Positions 1 to 6,935 of a stretch of 32,000 nucleotides of DNA are shown here, one piece after another (the stretch's first letter is position 1; every line of letters starts with the position of its first letter). The stretch is from Gemmata obscuriglobus. GTDB lineage: Bacteria > Planctomycetota > Planctomycetia > Gemmatales > Gemmataceae. The stretch spans positions 1,920,001-1,952,000 of the forward strand of contig NZ_CP042911.1 in NCBI RefSeq assembly GCF_008065095.1, given 5' to 3'. The translations under genes were made by a program, and so were the position numbers. The notes beneath the pieces were generated by a model, which was given only the letters and a program-made list of their open reading frames with translations, ran no database searches and was not told where the DNA came from.

Positions 1-2276
1 AACCCGGTGCAAACGGTAACCGGGACGCCGGCCGCGTCGAGCGCCGCAACGTTTCCGGTGAACGCGTGCATCGTTTCGATGCTACCACCGGCGCGCAGCA
101 TGGTGGGGTGAACGACGACCGGAACGCCGGCCTGCTTCAGTTCCTCGGCCATGCGGTACCCTTCGGTGCCCAGCGCGATCACGGGCTTCAGCTTGAACTC
201 CGCTGCGATCCGCAGGGCGGTCTGAATGTCGTCCCTGCGGTGCGCCGCGAAGTAGACGTTCGCCTTGCCCTCGAGCGCGGGCACGAGCGCTTCGTGCTTG
301 GGGTTCTTCGCCGCCGGCTTGCTGGTGCGGTACGCGTCGGCGTCGGTGAACGCTTTGCGCACCAACGCCGCGACGCCCATACGGGTCGTCGGCGATTTGC
401 CCTTTGACGATTCTCCCAGGTTCACCACCAGCGCCCCGACAGGTACCAGAGCGGAGTCGGCCGTGGTGCCGTCGGCGCGGAACACCCCGCCGCGGCCCGC
501 GATCGGGTTCACCCGTCCCGGGGTCGCGTGAACCACCGTGGTGCCGTTCGCGACGAGGAAATCGAGGAGCGGTTCCCGCGGGTTGAAGCCGTCGAGCGCC
601 CGGAGGTCCGCCTGGTTGGGGTCACTCGTCTCGTCTTGGTCCTGGTCGGCCGGACTGTTCCACGCGCCGCTCAGCCCCGCCGAGCAAAACGGGTCGATCA
701 GCCCCGGGGTGACGTGCTTCGCCTTATAAATCGGCATGTTCTTGGCTGTGGCTTCGCCGGCAACGACGTGCAGGATCTTCCCGTCCTTCGCCACGATCAC
801 CCCCGGGAAAACGCGGCCGCCGGTGTGGATGAACTCGGCCGTCACCGCGACCGCGCCCTTCAGTTCCGGCGTGTTGCCGTCGAAGGTCGGCGTGCCCAGG
901 TCACGGGCCTCCGGGGCCGGGCGCGGCCCGGGAGGCGGGGTCGGTAACTTCTCGCCCGCGGGCAGCGCGAACCCGCCGGTCTGGTAGCCCCGATCGGGGA
1001 TAACGTCGAACACCTTCTGGCCGTCGATCCAGGTCTGCTCGACACGAGTGTACACGCTGAACGGGGAACCGCTCAGGACCGCAAAATCCGCGTCCTTGCC
1101 CTTTTCGAGCGAGCCGAGCCGGTGGTCGAGGTGCAGCAGCTTCGCCGCGCGGATGGTGATGGCTTTGAGCGCGTCCGCTTCGGACATCCCGCCGCGCGCC
1201 GCGATCGCGCCCGTCCGGAGCAGGAACCGCGACTCGGTGACGCTGTCGTCGGTGTTGATGGTGACGATCACCCCGGCACTGTTCAGGATCGCGGCGTTCT
1301 CTTCGAGCAGGCCCATCGTTTCGGCCTTACCGCCGGGGCTGTCGATGAGCGTCAGCGAAACCGGGATCTTCTTCTTCGCGAGCACGTCCGCGACGCGGTA
1401 CCCTTCCGTGGCGTGTTGGAGCACGAGTTCGAACCCGAACTCCTCGCTGAGGCGCACGGCGGTGAGCAGGTCGTCCGCACGGTGGCAGTGGAAGTGGACC
1501 GTGCGTTTGCCGTCGAGCACCTCCACGAGCGGCTCGAGTGCCACGTCGCGATCGACTTTGCCGCCCCCTTCGAGCTTTGCCCGGTACTCCTTCGCCTTCT
1601 GGAACGTCTCCCGCTGCATGGCGGCGACCTTCATCCGCGTGAACGGGGCGACGCCCTTACCCCGGCCGTACCCCTTCGGGTTCTCGCCGTTGGCCATCTT
1701 CAGCCCGCCGAGGATCTCCTTCCCCCACGCGCGGCCGGTGACCCGCATCTCCTCGACGCTCCGGCCCCGGTACTTCACGTAAACGGTCTGCCCGCCGATC
1801 ACGTTGCCCGACCCGGGCATCACGTTGGCGGTGGTGACGCCGCCGGCGAGGGCCATCTTGATGCCCGGGTCGTCGGCGTTGAACGAGTCGATGGCCCGCA
1901 CCCCCGGCTGCACGGGGCCGCTCATCTCGTTCCCGTCGGAGTTGGCCGCCACGCCCGGGCGGCTGTACACCCCGACGTGCGAGTGCGTGTCCACCAGCCC
2001 GGGGATGACGACGCGCCCCTTGAGGTCGACGACTTCGGCCCCCGGGGGGACCGTTACGTCCGCCGCGGCCCCGACGGCAGCGATCCGCCCGCCTTTGACG
2101 ACGAGCGTGCCGTTCTCGATCGGCCGGTCGGTCGCGGCGGTGTGAATCGTGGCGCCCGTGAACGCGGTGACCCGGTCGGCGTCGGCCGCGCGGGCGGCCG
2201 CGGGCGCGCCGGCCCCGGGCACGAGCGGCAGTGACAACGCGATGACAATCGGAACGAGAGCGGCGAGCCTGCGCAT
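1..2276 (-). CDS. Secreted amidohydrolase-family protein with two tandem amidohydrolase-like modules (the C-terminus runs off the window start)
   Basis: The minus-strand frame is open from ATG at 2276-2274 to base 1. It is absent from the ORF track because it is open-ended, and no complete ORF is listed in that frame. Hand translation gives MRRLAALVPIVIALSLPLVPGAGAPAAARA (signal peptide), then GRVVIPGLVDTHSHVGV (HxH metal motif of the amidohydrolase superfamily), then a Pro-rich linker LPTPPPGPRPAPE (~nt 905-960). A second module follows (KHVTPGLIDPFCSAGLSG) and reads ...AAGVPVTVCTG at the edge. GC3 is high throughout. Confidence 0.8.
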   Translation of the reverse strand, partial: MRRLAALVPIVIALSLPLVPGAGAPAAARAADADRVTAFTGATIHTAATDRPIENGTLVVKGGRIAAVGAAADVTVPPGAEVVDLKGRVVIPGLVDTHSHVGVYSRPGVAANSDGNEMSGPVQPGVRAIDSFNADDPGIKMALAGGVTTANVMPGSGNVIGGQTVYVKYRGRSVEEMRVTGRAWGKEILGGLKMANGENPKGYGRGKGVAPFTRMKVAAMQRETFQKAKEYRAKLEGGGKVDRDVALEPLVEVLDGKRTVHFHCHRADDLLTAVRLSEEFGFELVLQHATEGYRVADVLAKKKIPVSLTLIDSPGGKAETMGLLEENAAILNSAGVIVTINTDDSVTESRFLLRTGAIAARGGMSEADALKAITIRAAKLLHLDHRLGSLEKGKDADFAVLSGSPFSVYTRVEQTWIDGQKVFDVIPDRGYQTGGFALPAGEKLPTPPPGPRPAPEARDLGTPTFDGNTPELKGAVAVTAEFIHTGGRVFPGVIVAKDGKILHVVAGEATAKNMPIYKAKHVTPGLIDPFCSAGLSGAWNSPADQDQDETSDPNQADLRALDGFNPREPLLDFLVANGTTVVHATPGRVNPIAGRGGVFRADGTTADSALVPVGALVVNLGESSKGKSPTTRMGVAALVRKAFTDADAYRTSKPAAKNPKHEALVPALEGKANVYFAAHRRDDIQTALRIAAEFKLKPVIALGTEGYRMAEELKQAGVPVVVHPTMLRAGGSIETMHAFTGNVAALDAAGVPVTVCTG

Positions 2277-2414
2277 GCGGACCTCGTGGCGGAACGGGCG
2301 GATTCAACAACGCTAACCGGTTGAAAAGCCGTGTGCCAGAGTTATCATCGCGGATGGGAAACCTGTCGCGTCGCCGACCCCTTCGCGACTTCACTTCAAA
2401 ACCGGAGAGCGGTC

Positions 2415-2846
2415 ATGAGCTTCAAGATGCAACGGGTTCACCTGTTCCACGCCGAGGTCGAGGACAAGCCGGGCGGCACCGCGGCCAAGCTGAAGAAGCT
2501 GGCCGAGGCGGGCGCGCACCTCGAGTACGTGTACAGCCAGCGGTCGCTGAACAAGCCCGGGGTGGGGGACCTGTACGTGGCCCCCCTCACCGGCACCGGC
2601 GAACTGGCCGCCGCGAAGGCGGTGGGGCTGCACGAGGTGAGCGAGCCGATCGTGATGCGGGTGGAGGGCGACGACAAGGCCGGGTTGGGCGGGCGCGTCA
2701 CCCAGGCGTGGGAGATGGCCGGGATCAACCTGCAAGGGCTCGTGATGTCGGTGATCAGCGGCAAGTTCGTCGGGTACGCCACGTTCGACTCCGTCGCGGA
2801 CGCGAACAAGGCCGCCACCATTCTCGCCGAGCTGGGCACCGCTTGA
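2415..2846 (+). CDS. Small ACT-domain (tandem ACT-like) ligand-binding protein
   Basis: The track ORF is 2331..2846. I prefer the ATG at 2415 (MSFKMQRVHLFHAEVEDKPGG...) because it is preceded by GGAGAG. There are two beta-alpha-beta-beta-alpha-beta-like halves (VHLFHAEVEDKPGGTAAKLKKLAEAG and IVMRVEGDDKAGLGGRVTQAWEMAGINL), typical of ~140-aa ACT proteins. The family call is from motif memory only. Confidence 0.6.
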   Translation: MSFKMQRVHLFHAEVEDKPGGTAAKLKKLAEAGAHLEYVYSQRSLNKPGVGDLYVAPLTGTGELAAAKAVGLHEVSEPIVMRVEGDDKAGLGGRVTQAWEMAGINLQGLVMSVISGKFVGYATFDSVADANKAATILAELGTA

Positions 2847-3230
2847 GGCCCCAACAGCCAGAGCCCGGGGCCGCTTTGGACCCGGTTGTCTTCCGCTCAC
2901 CCGTGTGAACGCCCCCGCCTGCATCGGTAGGCGGGGCACCTCTCGCACCTCGCACCCGCGAACAGCTTAACACCTGCGAACCGAGTCCCGGCACCGGGCG
3001 CGCGGAGCCGTTTCGCGCGCGGGACGTTCATCGCCCCGGTCCGGCGAGACCGGCTCCATTCCCGGCCCGCGTCGCCCAGTGATGAGACGCACGAGACGCT
3101 GCGGGAGCCGACGGCACGCGCCCGGCCCAATTCCCGCGAAACCGGCGCAAGTGGTTGCTTTCGTGAGGCGCACCGCTAGCATCTACGCCGTACCCCAGGA
3201 TCGAGACTCTCTCACCCACCGAGGCGGCCC

Positions 3231-3731
3231 ATGTCCGTGATGTACGTCGGCGAAGGTCTGGTCATCGAAGGCAGCGACCTGGACAACGTGGCCCACATCG
3301 ACCTGCTCATCGGGCCGAAGGACGGCCCGGTCGGCGTCGCGTTCGCCAACGCCCTCGCCAGCCAGACCGCCGGCCACACCAACCTGCTCGCGGTCGTCAG
3401 CCCGAACATCCCGGCCAAGCCGGCCACCGTCACCGTCACCAAGGTGACGATGAAGAAGTCGGCCCAGGTGATGCAGATGTTCGGCCCGGCCCAGGCGGCC
3501 GTGGCCCGCGCGGTCGTGGACAGCGTGGTCGAGGGCGTGCTCCCGAAGGCCGAGGCCGAGAACTGGGTGATCGTGTGCGGGGTGTTCATCGCCCCCAGCG
3601 CCAACGACAACAAGAAGATCTACAAGAACAACTACGAGGCCGTGAAGCTGGCCATCAAGAACGCGATCCAGAAGAGCCCGAGCATCGACGAGATCATCGC
3701 CAAGAAGGACACCCCGCACCCGTTCGAGTGA
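3231..3731 (+). CDS. fae: Formaldehyde-activating enzyme (5,6,7,8-tetrahydromethanopterin hydro-lyase)
   Basis: This 166-aa ORF is collinear with methylotroph Fae as I remember it: VGEGLV..G..VAHIDLLIGPK.GPV..AF, LLAVVSPN.P.KP.T, QMFGPAQ..VA.AV.D.V.EG..P, NYEA.KL.I..A, and a C-terminal HPF. An SD-like GAGG lies 6 nt upstream of the ATG. Confidence 0.9.
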   Translation: MSVMYVGEGLVIEGSDLDNVAHIDLLIGPKDGPVGVAFANALASQTAGHTNLLAVVSPNIPAKPATVTVTKVTMKKSAQVMQMFGPAQAAVARAVVDSVVEGVLPKAEAENWVIVCGVFIAPSANDNKKIYKNNYEAVKLAIKNAIQKSPSIDEIIAKKDTPHPFE

Positions 3732-3743
3732 CGCTCAATGCGG

Positions 3744-3808
3744 AATGCGGAGTGCGGAACGAAGGCAAGAAGCCGAGCCTCTTTTGCCTTTGCTCCGCAC
3801 TCCGCATT
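3744..3808 (+). terminator. Long stem-loop between fae and the mtd-family gene (candidate attenuator, 3'-stabiliser or REP-like palindrome)
   Basis: AATGCGGAGTGCGGA (3744-3758) pairs perfectly with TCCGCACTCCGCATT (3794-3808). The stem extends imperfectly inward (CGAAGGCAAGA / TTTTGCCTTTG). It starts 13 nt after the fae stop and is followed only by a weak TTTCT tract. It is preceded by heptamer repeats AATGCGG AATGCGG AGTGCGG. Confidence 0.45.
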
Positions 3809-3823
3809 TCTGAAGGTTCCGAA

Positions 3824-4696
3824 ATGGAAAAGGCCACCATCCTCGTCCAGCTCGACACCGATCCGCTGCCGAGCGTGTTCGACCGCGTGGTCGCGGTGGA
3901 CGCGGGCGTCCAGCACACCTTCAGTTACGGCGGGGTGACGCCCCAGAACGTGATGCCGCTGGTCCACGGGTGCATCTTCACCCGCGGCGGCAAGGACCTC
4001 GCGCGGACCGCGATCTTCGTCGGCGGGTCCGACGTGACCGCGGGCGAGGCGGTGCTGGCCGAGGTGAAGAAGCACCTGATCCCGCAGTACGGGCTCAGCG
4101 TCTCGCTGATGCTCGATTCCAACGGCGCGAACACGACCGCCGCCGCCGCGGTGCGGGCGGCCGGGCGGCACCTGGACCTGAGCAAGACAAAGGCCCTCGT
4201 ACTCGGGGGCACCGGGCCGGTCGGCCAGCGCGTCGCGCGGCTCCTGGCCAAGGCCGGGGGGCACGTCCGGCTCGGGTCGCGCCAGAAGGGGCGCGCCGAG
4301 GCCGTGTGCGAGGCGATCCGGGCGCACATCCCCGGCGGGCATCTCGAAGCGGTGAGCGTGGCCTCGTCGTCCGACGCGCCGGCCGCCCTCGACGGCCGCA
4401 CCCTGGTCGTCGCCGCCGGCGCCGCGGGCGCGGTGCTGTTGCCGAAGAAGCTGCGGCGCGGGTGCGAATCGCTGAAGGTCGCCATCGACCTGAACGGCGT
4501 GCCCCCGTCCGGCATTGAGGGGGTCGAACTCGGCGACAAGGGCGCCGACCGCGACGGCCACATCTGCTACGGCGCGCTGGGCGTCGGCGGCACCAAGATG
4601 AAGGTCCACCGGGCCGCCATCGGCAAGCTGTTCGAGGCGAACAACGCGGTGCTGGACGTCGAAGAGGTCTACGCGCTCGCGCTGCAACTGCCCTGA
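3824..4696 (+). CDS. NAD(P)-dependent methylene-tetrahydromethanopterin dehydrogenase, MtdA/MtdB/MtdC family
   Basis: The in-frame ATG at 3824 (MEKATILVQLDTDPLPSVFDRVVAVDAG...) lies within track ORF 3575..4696. It has the Mtd-type N-terminal domain, then a Rossmann motif (ALVLGGTGPVGQRVARLLAKAGGHVRLGSR), and ends ...GALGVGGTKMKVHRAAIGKLFE. It sits directly downstream of fae. The subfamily (planctomycete MtdC-type) is inferred from taxon context only. Confidence 0.8.
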   Translation: MEKATILVQLDTDPLPSVFDRVVAVDAGVQHTFSYGGVTPQNVMPLVHGCIFTRGGKDLARTAIFVGGSDVTAGEAVLAEVKKHLIPQYGLSVSLMLDSNGANTTAAAAVRAAGRHLDLSKTKALVLGGTGPVGQRVARLLAKAGGHVRLGSRQKGRAEAVCEAIRAHIPGGHLEAVSVASSSDAPAALDGRTLVVAAGAAGAVLLPKKLRRGCESLKVAIDLNGVPPSGIEGVELGDKGADRDGHICYGALGVGGTKMKVHRAAIGKLFEANNAVLDVEEVYALALQLP

Positions 4697-4726
4697 CCGG
4701 CGCCCGCGGCCCGGACGAAGTTCGGG

Positions 4727-4756
4727 TTGACACGCCGGCCCGAAATCGAACATCAT
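4727..4756 (+). promoter_or_regulatory. Candidate sigma70-like promoter for the PEP-CTERM gene
   Basis: TTGACA at 4727-4732 is followed by an 18-nt spacer and CATCAT at 4751-4756, ~30 nt upstream of the ATG at 4785. This is a pattern match only, and planctomycete promoter consensus is poorly defined. Confidence 0.25.
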
Positions 4757-4784
4757 TCGCCGCCCACCACACCTGGAGCGACGA

Positions 4785-5420
4785 ATGGCGGTCAGATTAT
4801 CAGCACTGAGCTTCTGCGCACTGACTTGCCTGCCCGCCCTCGCCAGCGCCGGACCGATCGCGTTCACCCTCGGGGCCGGGAACCTCACCACCTCCCCCGA
4901 AGCACCCCAGCTCGGCATGGCGCTCGTTCCGGTCGTGACATCGACGGCGACGCGCAGCGCCGAACTCGACAGCACCCAGCCCGTCACGCTCGGCGTGGTC
5001 GCCTACGAGCCGGGGCGCATCCCCACCCCCGACCCGCGCGACGTTCATCCGGACGGCACCACCCACTGGAACAACGACGGGTACTTCGCGGTCGATGTGA
5101 ACCTGGTCGATTACGCCTCCGGCGAGAGCGCGATCCTGACGCTGCACGGGCGCGCCCACATGTACAGCAACTACGCCACCGGCTCCGGCTGGAGCGGGCA
5201 AACGGTGTTCTGGTTCGACGAGCGCGAGCAGGTGACGCTCGGCGGGAACACGTACACGGTCTGGGGGGCGAACCGGTTCACCGACGGGAACGGGCAGGCC
5301 GCGGTCAACGTGTGGGTCGGGTCTGGCGCCCCGGTCGCGACCCCGGAGCCGGGGACGCTCGTTCTGGCGGCCCTCGGGCTGGCCCCGATCGGGCTGCGCC
5401 GGTTCCGCCGCACGAAGTGA
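4785..5420 (+). CDS. PEP-CTERM sorting-domain secreted protein
   Basis: It has an N-terminal signal peptide (MAVRLSALSFCALTCLPALASA). The C-terminus, ...VATPEPGTLVLAALGLAPIGLRRFRRTK, is the PEP motif plus a hydrophobic helix plus a basic tail, the signature of exosortase substrates. Confidence 0.8.
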   Translation: MAVRLSALSFCALTCLPALASAGPIAFTLGAGNLTTSPEAPQLGMALVPVVTSTATRSAELDSTQPVTLGVVAYEPGRIPTPDPRDVHPDGTTHWNNDGYFAVDVNLVDYASGESAILTLHGRAHMYSNYATGSGWSGQTVFWFDEREQVTLGGNTYTVWGANRFTDGNGQAAVNVWVGSGAPVATPEPGTLVLAALGLAPIGLRRFRRTK

Positions 5421-5429
5421 TAATATGAA

Positions 5430-5499
5430 GACAGATTTCGACAGGATGAACAAGATTGACGAGATAAAAATCGATTGCGTTTATCCTGTCGATCCTGTC
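5430..5499. repeat. Low-GC imperfect palindrome (GACAGGAT-type intergenic repeat)
   Basis: GACAGATTTCGACAGGATGAACAAGATTGA (5430-5459) is an imperfect inverted repeat of TCGATTGCGTTTATCCTGTCGATCCTGTC (5471-5499). GACAGGAT / ATCCTGTC appears three times. It lies inside a sharp AT-rich island (5420-5600) in an otherwise GC-rich window. Confidence 0.5.
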
Positions 5500-5607
5500 A
5501 GAATATTCTGGCTTCTCCATCGAGCTTTGGTGATACGCGCCCTCACCTCGGCCAAGCCGTAACAGCCAGCGTAGGCTTAATACCAACACGCGTTCAGAAG
5601 TACCCGT

Positions 5608-6630
5608 ATGCCGCGCGTAGCCGGGTGCGACCCGGGCACCTCTTCGCTGGACCTCCTCGCGCTCGAAGACGGGCGCGTGATCGCGCAGGCGCGCATCGAA
5701 CCGGCCGAGTTGCGTGCCGACCCCGCCGCGCCGGTGCGATGGCTCACCGACCACGGGCCGTTCGACCTCGTCGCGGGGCCGTCGGGTTACGGCCTCCCCC
5801 TCGTCCGCGCGGAAGCCTGCACCGACCGTCAACTCGCGCTCATGTCGCTCGTGCGGCCGGACGAGCCCGGCGCGAAGGGCGTCAGCGGCTTCTCCGCGAC
5901 GGTTCGCGCGCTGCGGGCCAGCGGGCTGCCGATCGTCTTCCTTCCGGGCGTCGTACACCTGCCCAGCGTCCCGGCGCACCGCAAACTAAACAAGATCGAT
6001 CTCGGCACCGCGGACAAGCTGTGCGTCGCCGCGCTCGCGCTGGCCCAGCACAACAGCGACGAGCCCGCGCTGGTCGTGGAGTTCGGCTCCGCGTTCACCG
6101 CGTTCCTGGTGCTGAAGGGCCGGCAAATCGTGGACGGCTTGGGCGGAACGAGCGGGCCGCTCGGAGCGCGGAGCGGGGGCGCGTGGGACGGAGAAACCGC
6201 GTACCTGCTCTCACCGCTCGGCAAGAACGACCTGTTCCACGGCGGGGTGAACGACGCCCCCGACCGCGACACCGGCCGCGCCGCGTTTCGCGAATCGTTC
6301 TGCAAGGCGGTCTACGGGCTGCTGAACGTCCACGGGTGTCAGGACGTGTACTACAGCGGCAGCCTGCTGCGATCGGACCCGGACCTCGTTCAGCAGGCGC
6401 TGGGCGAGTTGCCGAACGGCTTCTTCCGGTTGCACTACGCCGGCGATCTGCCCGGCGCCTGGGTGAAGCACGCCGCACAGGGAGCGGCCCTACTCGCCGA
6501 CGGGTTGTGCGGCGGCACGTTCGCACCGCTGGTGGAGTGGCTGCGGCTGCGCGCGGCGAGCGGCACCGTGTTCGACTGGCTCACGCACCCGCGGGCCGCT
6601 GACGTGCGCCGGCAGTTCTTGGCAGAATAG
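5608..6630 (+). CDS. ASKHA-fold (actin/Hsp70/sugar-kinase-like) protein, DUF1464-like; function unknown
   Basis: This is a 340-aa ORF with coding-type GC3. The N-terminus VAGCDPGTSSLDLLALEDG resembles the phosphate-1 loop of ASKHA ATPases and the archaeal DUF1464 N-terminus as I recall it. A second Gly-rich element reads IDLGTADKLCVAALA. The family call is tentative. Confidence 0.55.
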   Translation: MPRVAGCDPGTSSLDLLALEDGRVIAQARIEPAELRADPAAPVRWLTDHGPFDLVAGPSGYGLPLVRAEACTDRQLALMSLVRPDEPGAKGVSGFSATVRALRASGLPIVFLPGVVHLPSVPAHRKLNKIDLGTADKLCVAALALAQHNSDEPALVVEFGSAFTAFLVLKGRQIVDGLGGTSGPLGARSGGAWDGETAYLLSPLGKNDLFHGGVNDAPDRDTGRAAFRESFCKAVYGLLNVHGCQDVYYSGSLLRSDPDLVQQALGELPNGFFRLHYAGDLPGAWVKHAAQGAALLADGLCGGTFAPLVEWLRLRAASGTVFDWLTHPRAADVRRQFLAE

Positions 6631-6693
6631 GCGCCCCACCCGCCACTGCCGGCGGGGCGACGAACTGCGACGCGGTCCGTCCGGTCCCAAACC

Positions 6694-6910
6694 CCGTAGT
6701 TTCAAGCTGGCGGTCTGGGAACATTGCCGTGAGCCGCAAACTACGGGCAGTAGTTTCAAGTTCGCGCGGCGTGGTTCTGGTTCTGAGTGTGGCCCGCTCG
6801 CTCCGCGAGCGGTTGCGACGGAGTGCGGGTCGCATCGGGTGTGGTAAATTTGATACGCGAAGCACCGCTCGCGGAGCGGGCCGCACTCAGGACCAGAGCC
6901 ACGACGCGCG
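6694..6910. repeat. Composite palindromic intergenic element (GTAGTTTCAAG direct repeats plus a ~47-bp imperfect inverted repeat)
   Basis: GTAGTTTCAAG occurs at 6696-6706 and 6750-6760. CCGTAGTTT (6694-6702) pairs with AAACTACGG (6738-6746). A long inverted repeat joins 6763-6813 (CGCGCGGCGTGGTTCTGGTTCTGAGTGTGGCCCGCTCGCTCCGCGAGCGGT) and 6864-6910 (ACCGCTCGCGGAGCGGGCCGCACTCAGGACCAGAGCCACGACGCGCG). The element lies between convergent genes. Confidence 0.55.
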
Positions 6911-6935
6911 GAGGGGGCGGGACACACTGTACCGG

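Noticed and set aside
2847-3230. The 384-nt non-coding stretch upstream of fae, examined for a riboswitch or leader RNA (ZTP/pfl or THF-type, given the C1 context).
   Set aside because: I found only generic GC-rich hairpins (for example GCCCCGCCT...AGGCGGGGC around 2915-2940). I could not find the conserved ZTP (GGGTCGTGAC...CCGCCTGGGC) or THF cores. A covariance-model scan would be needed.
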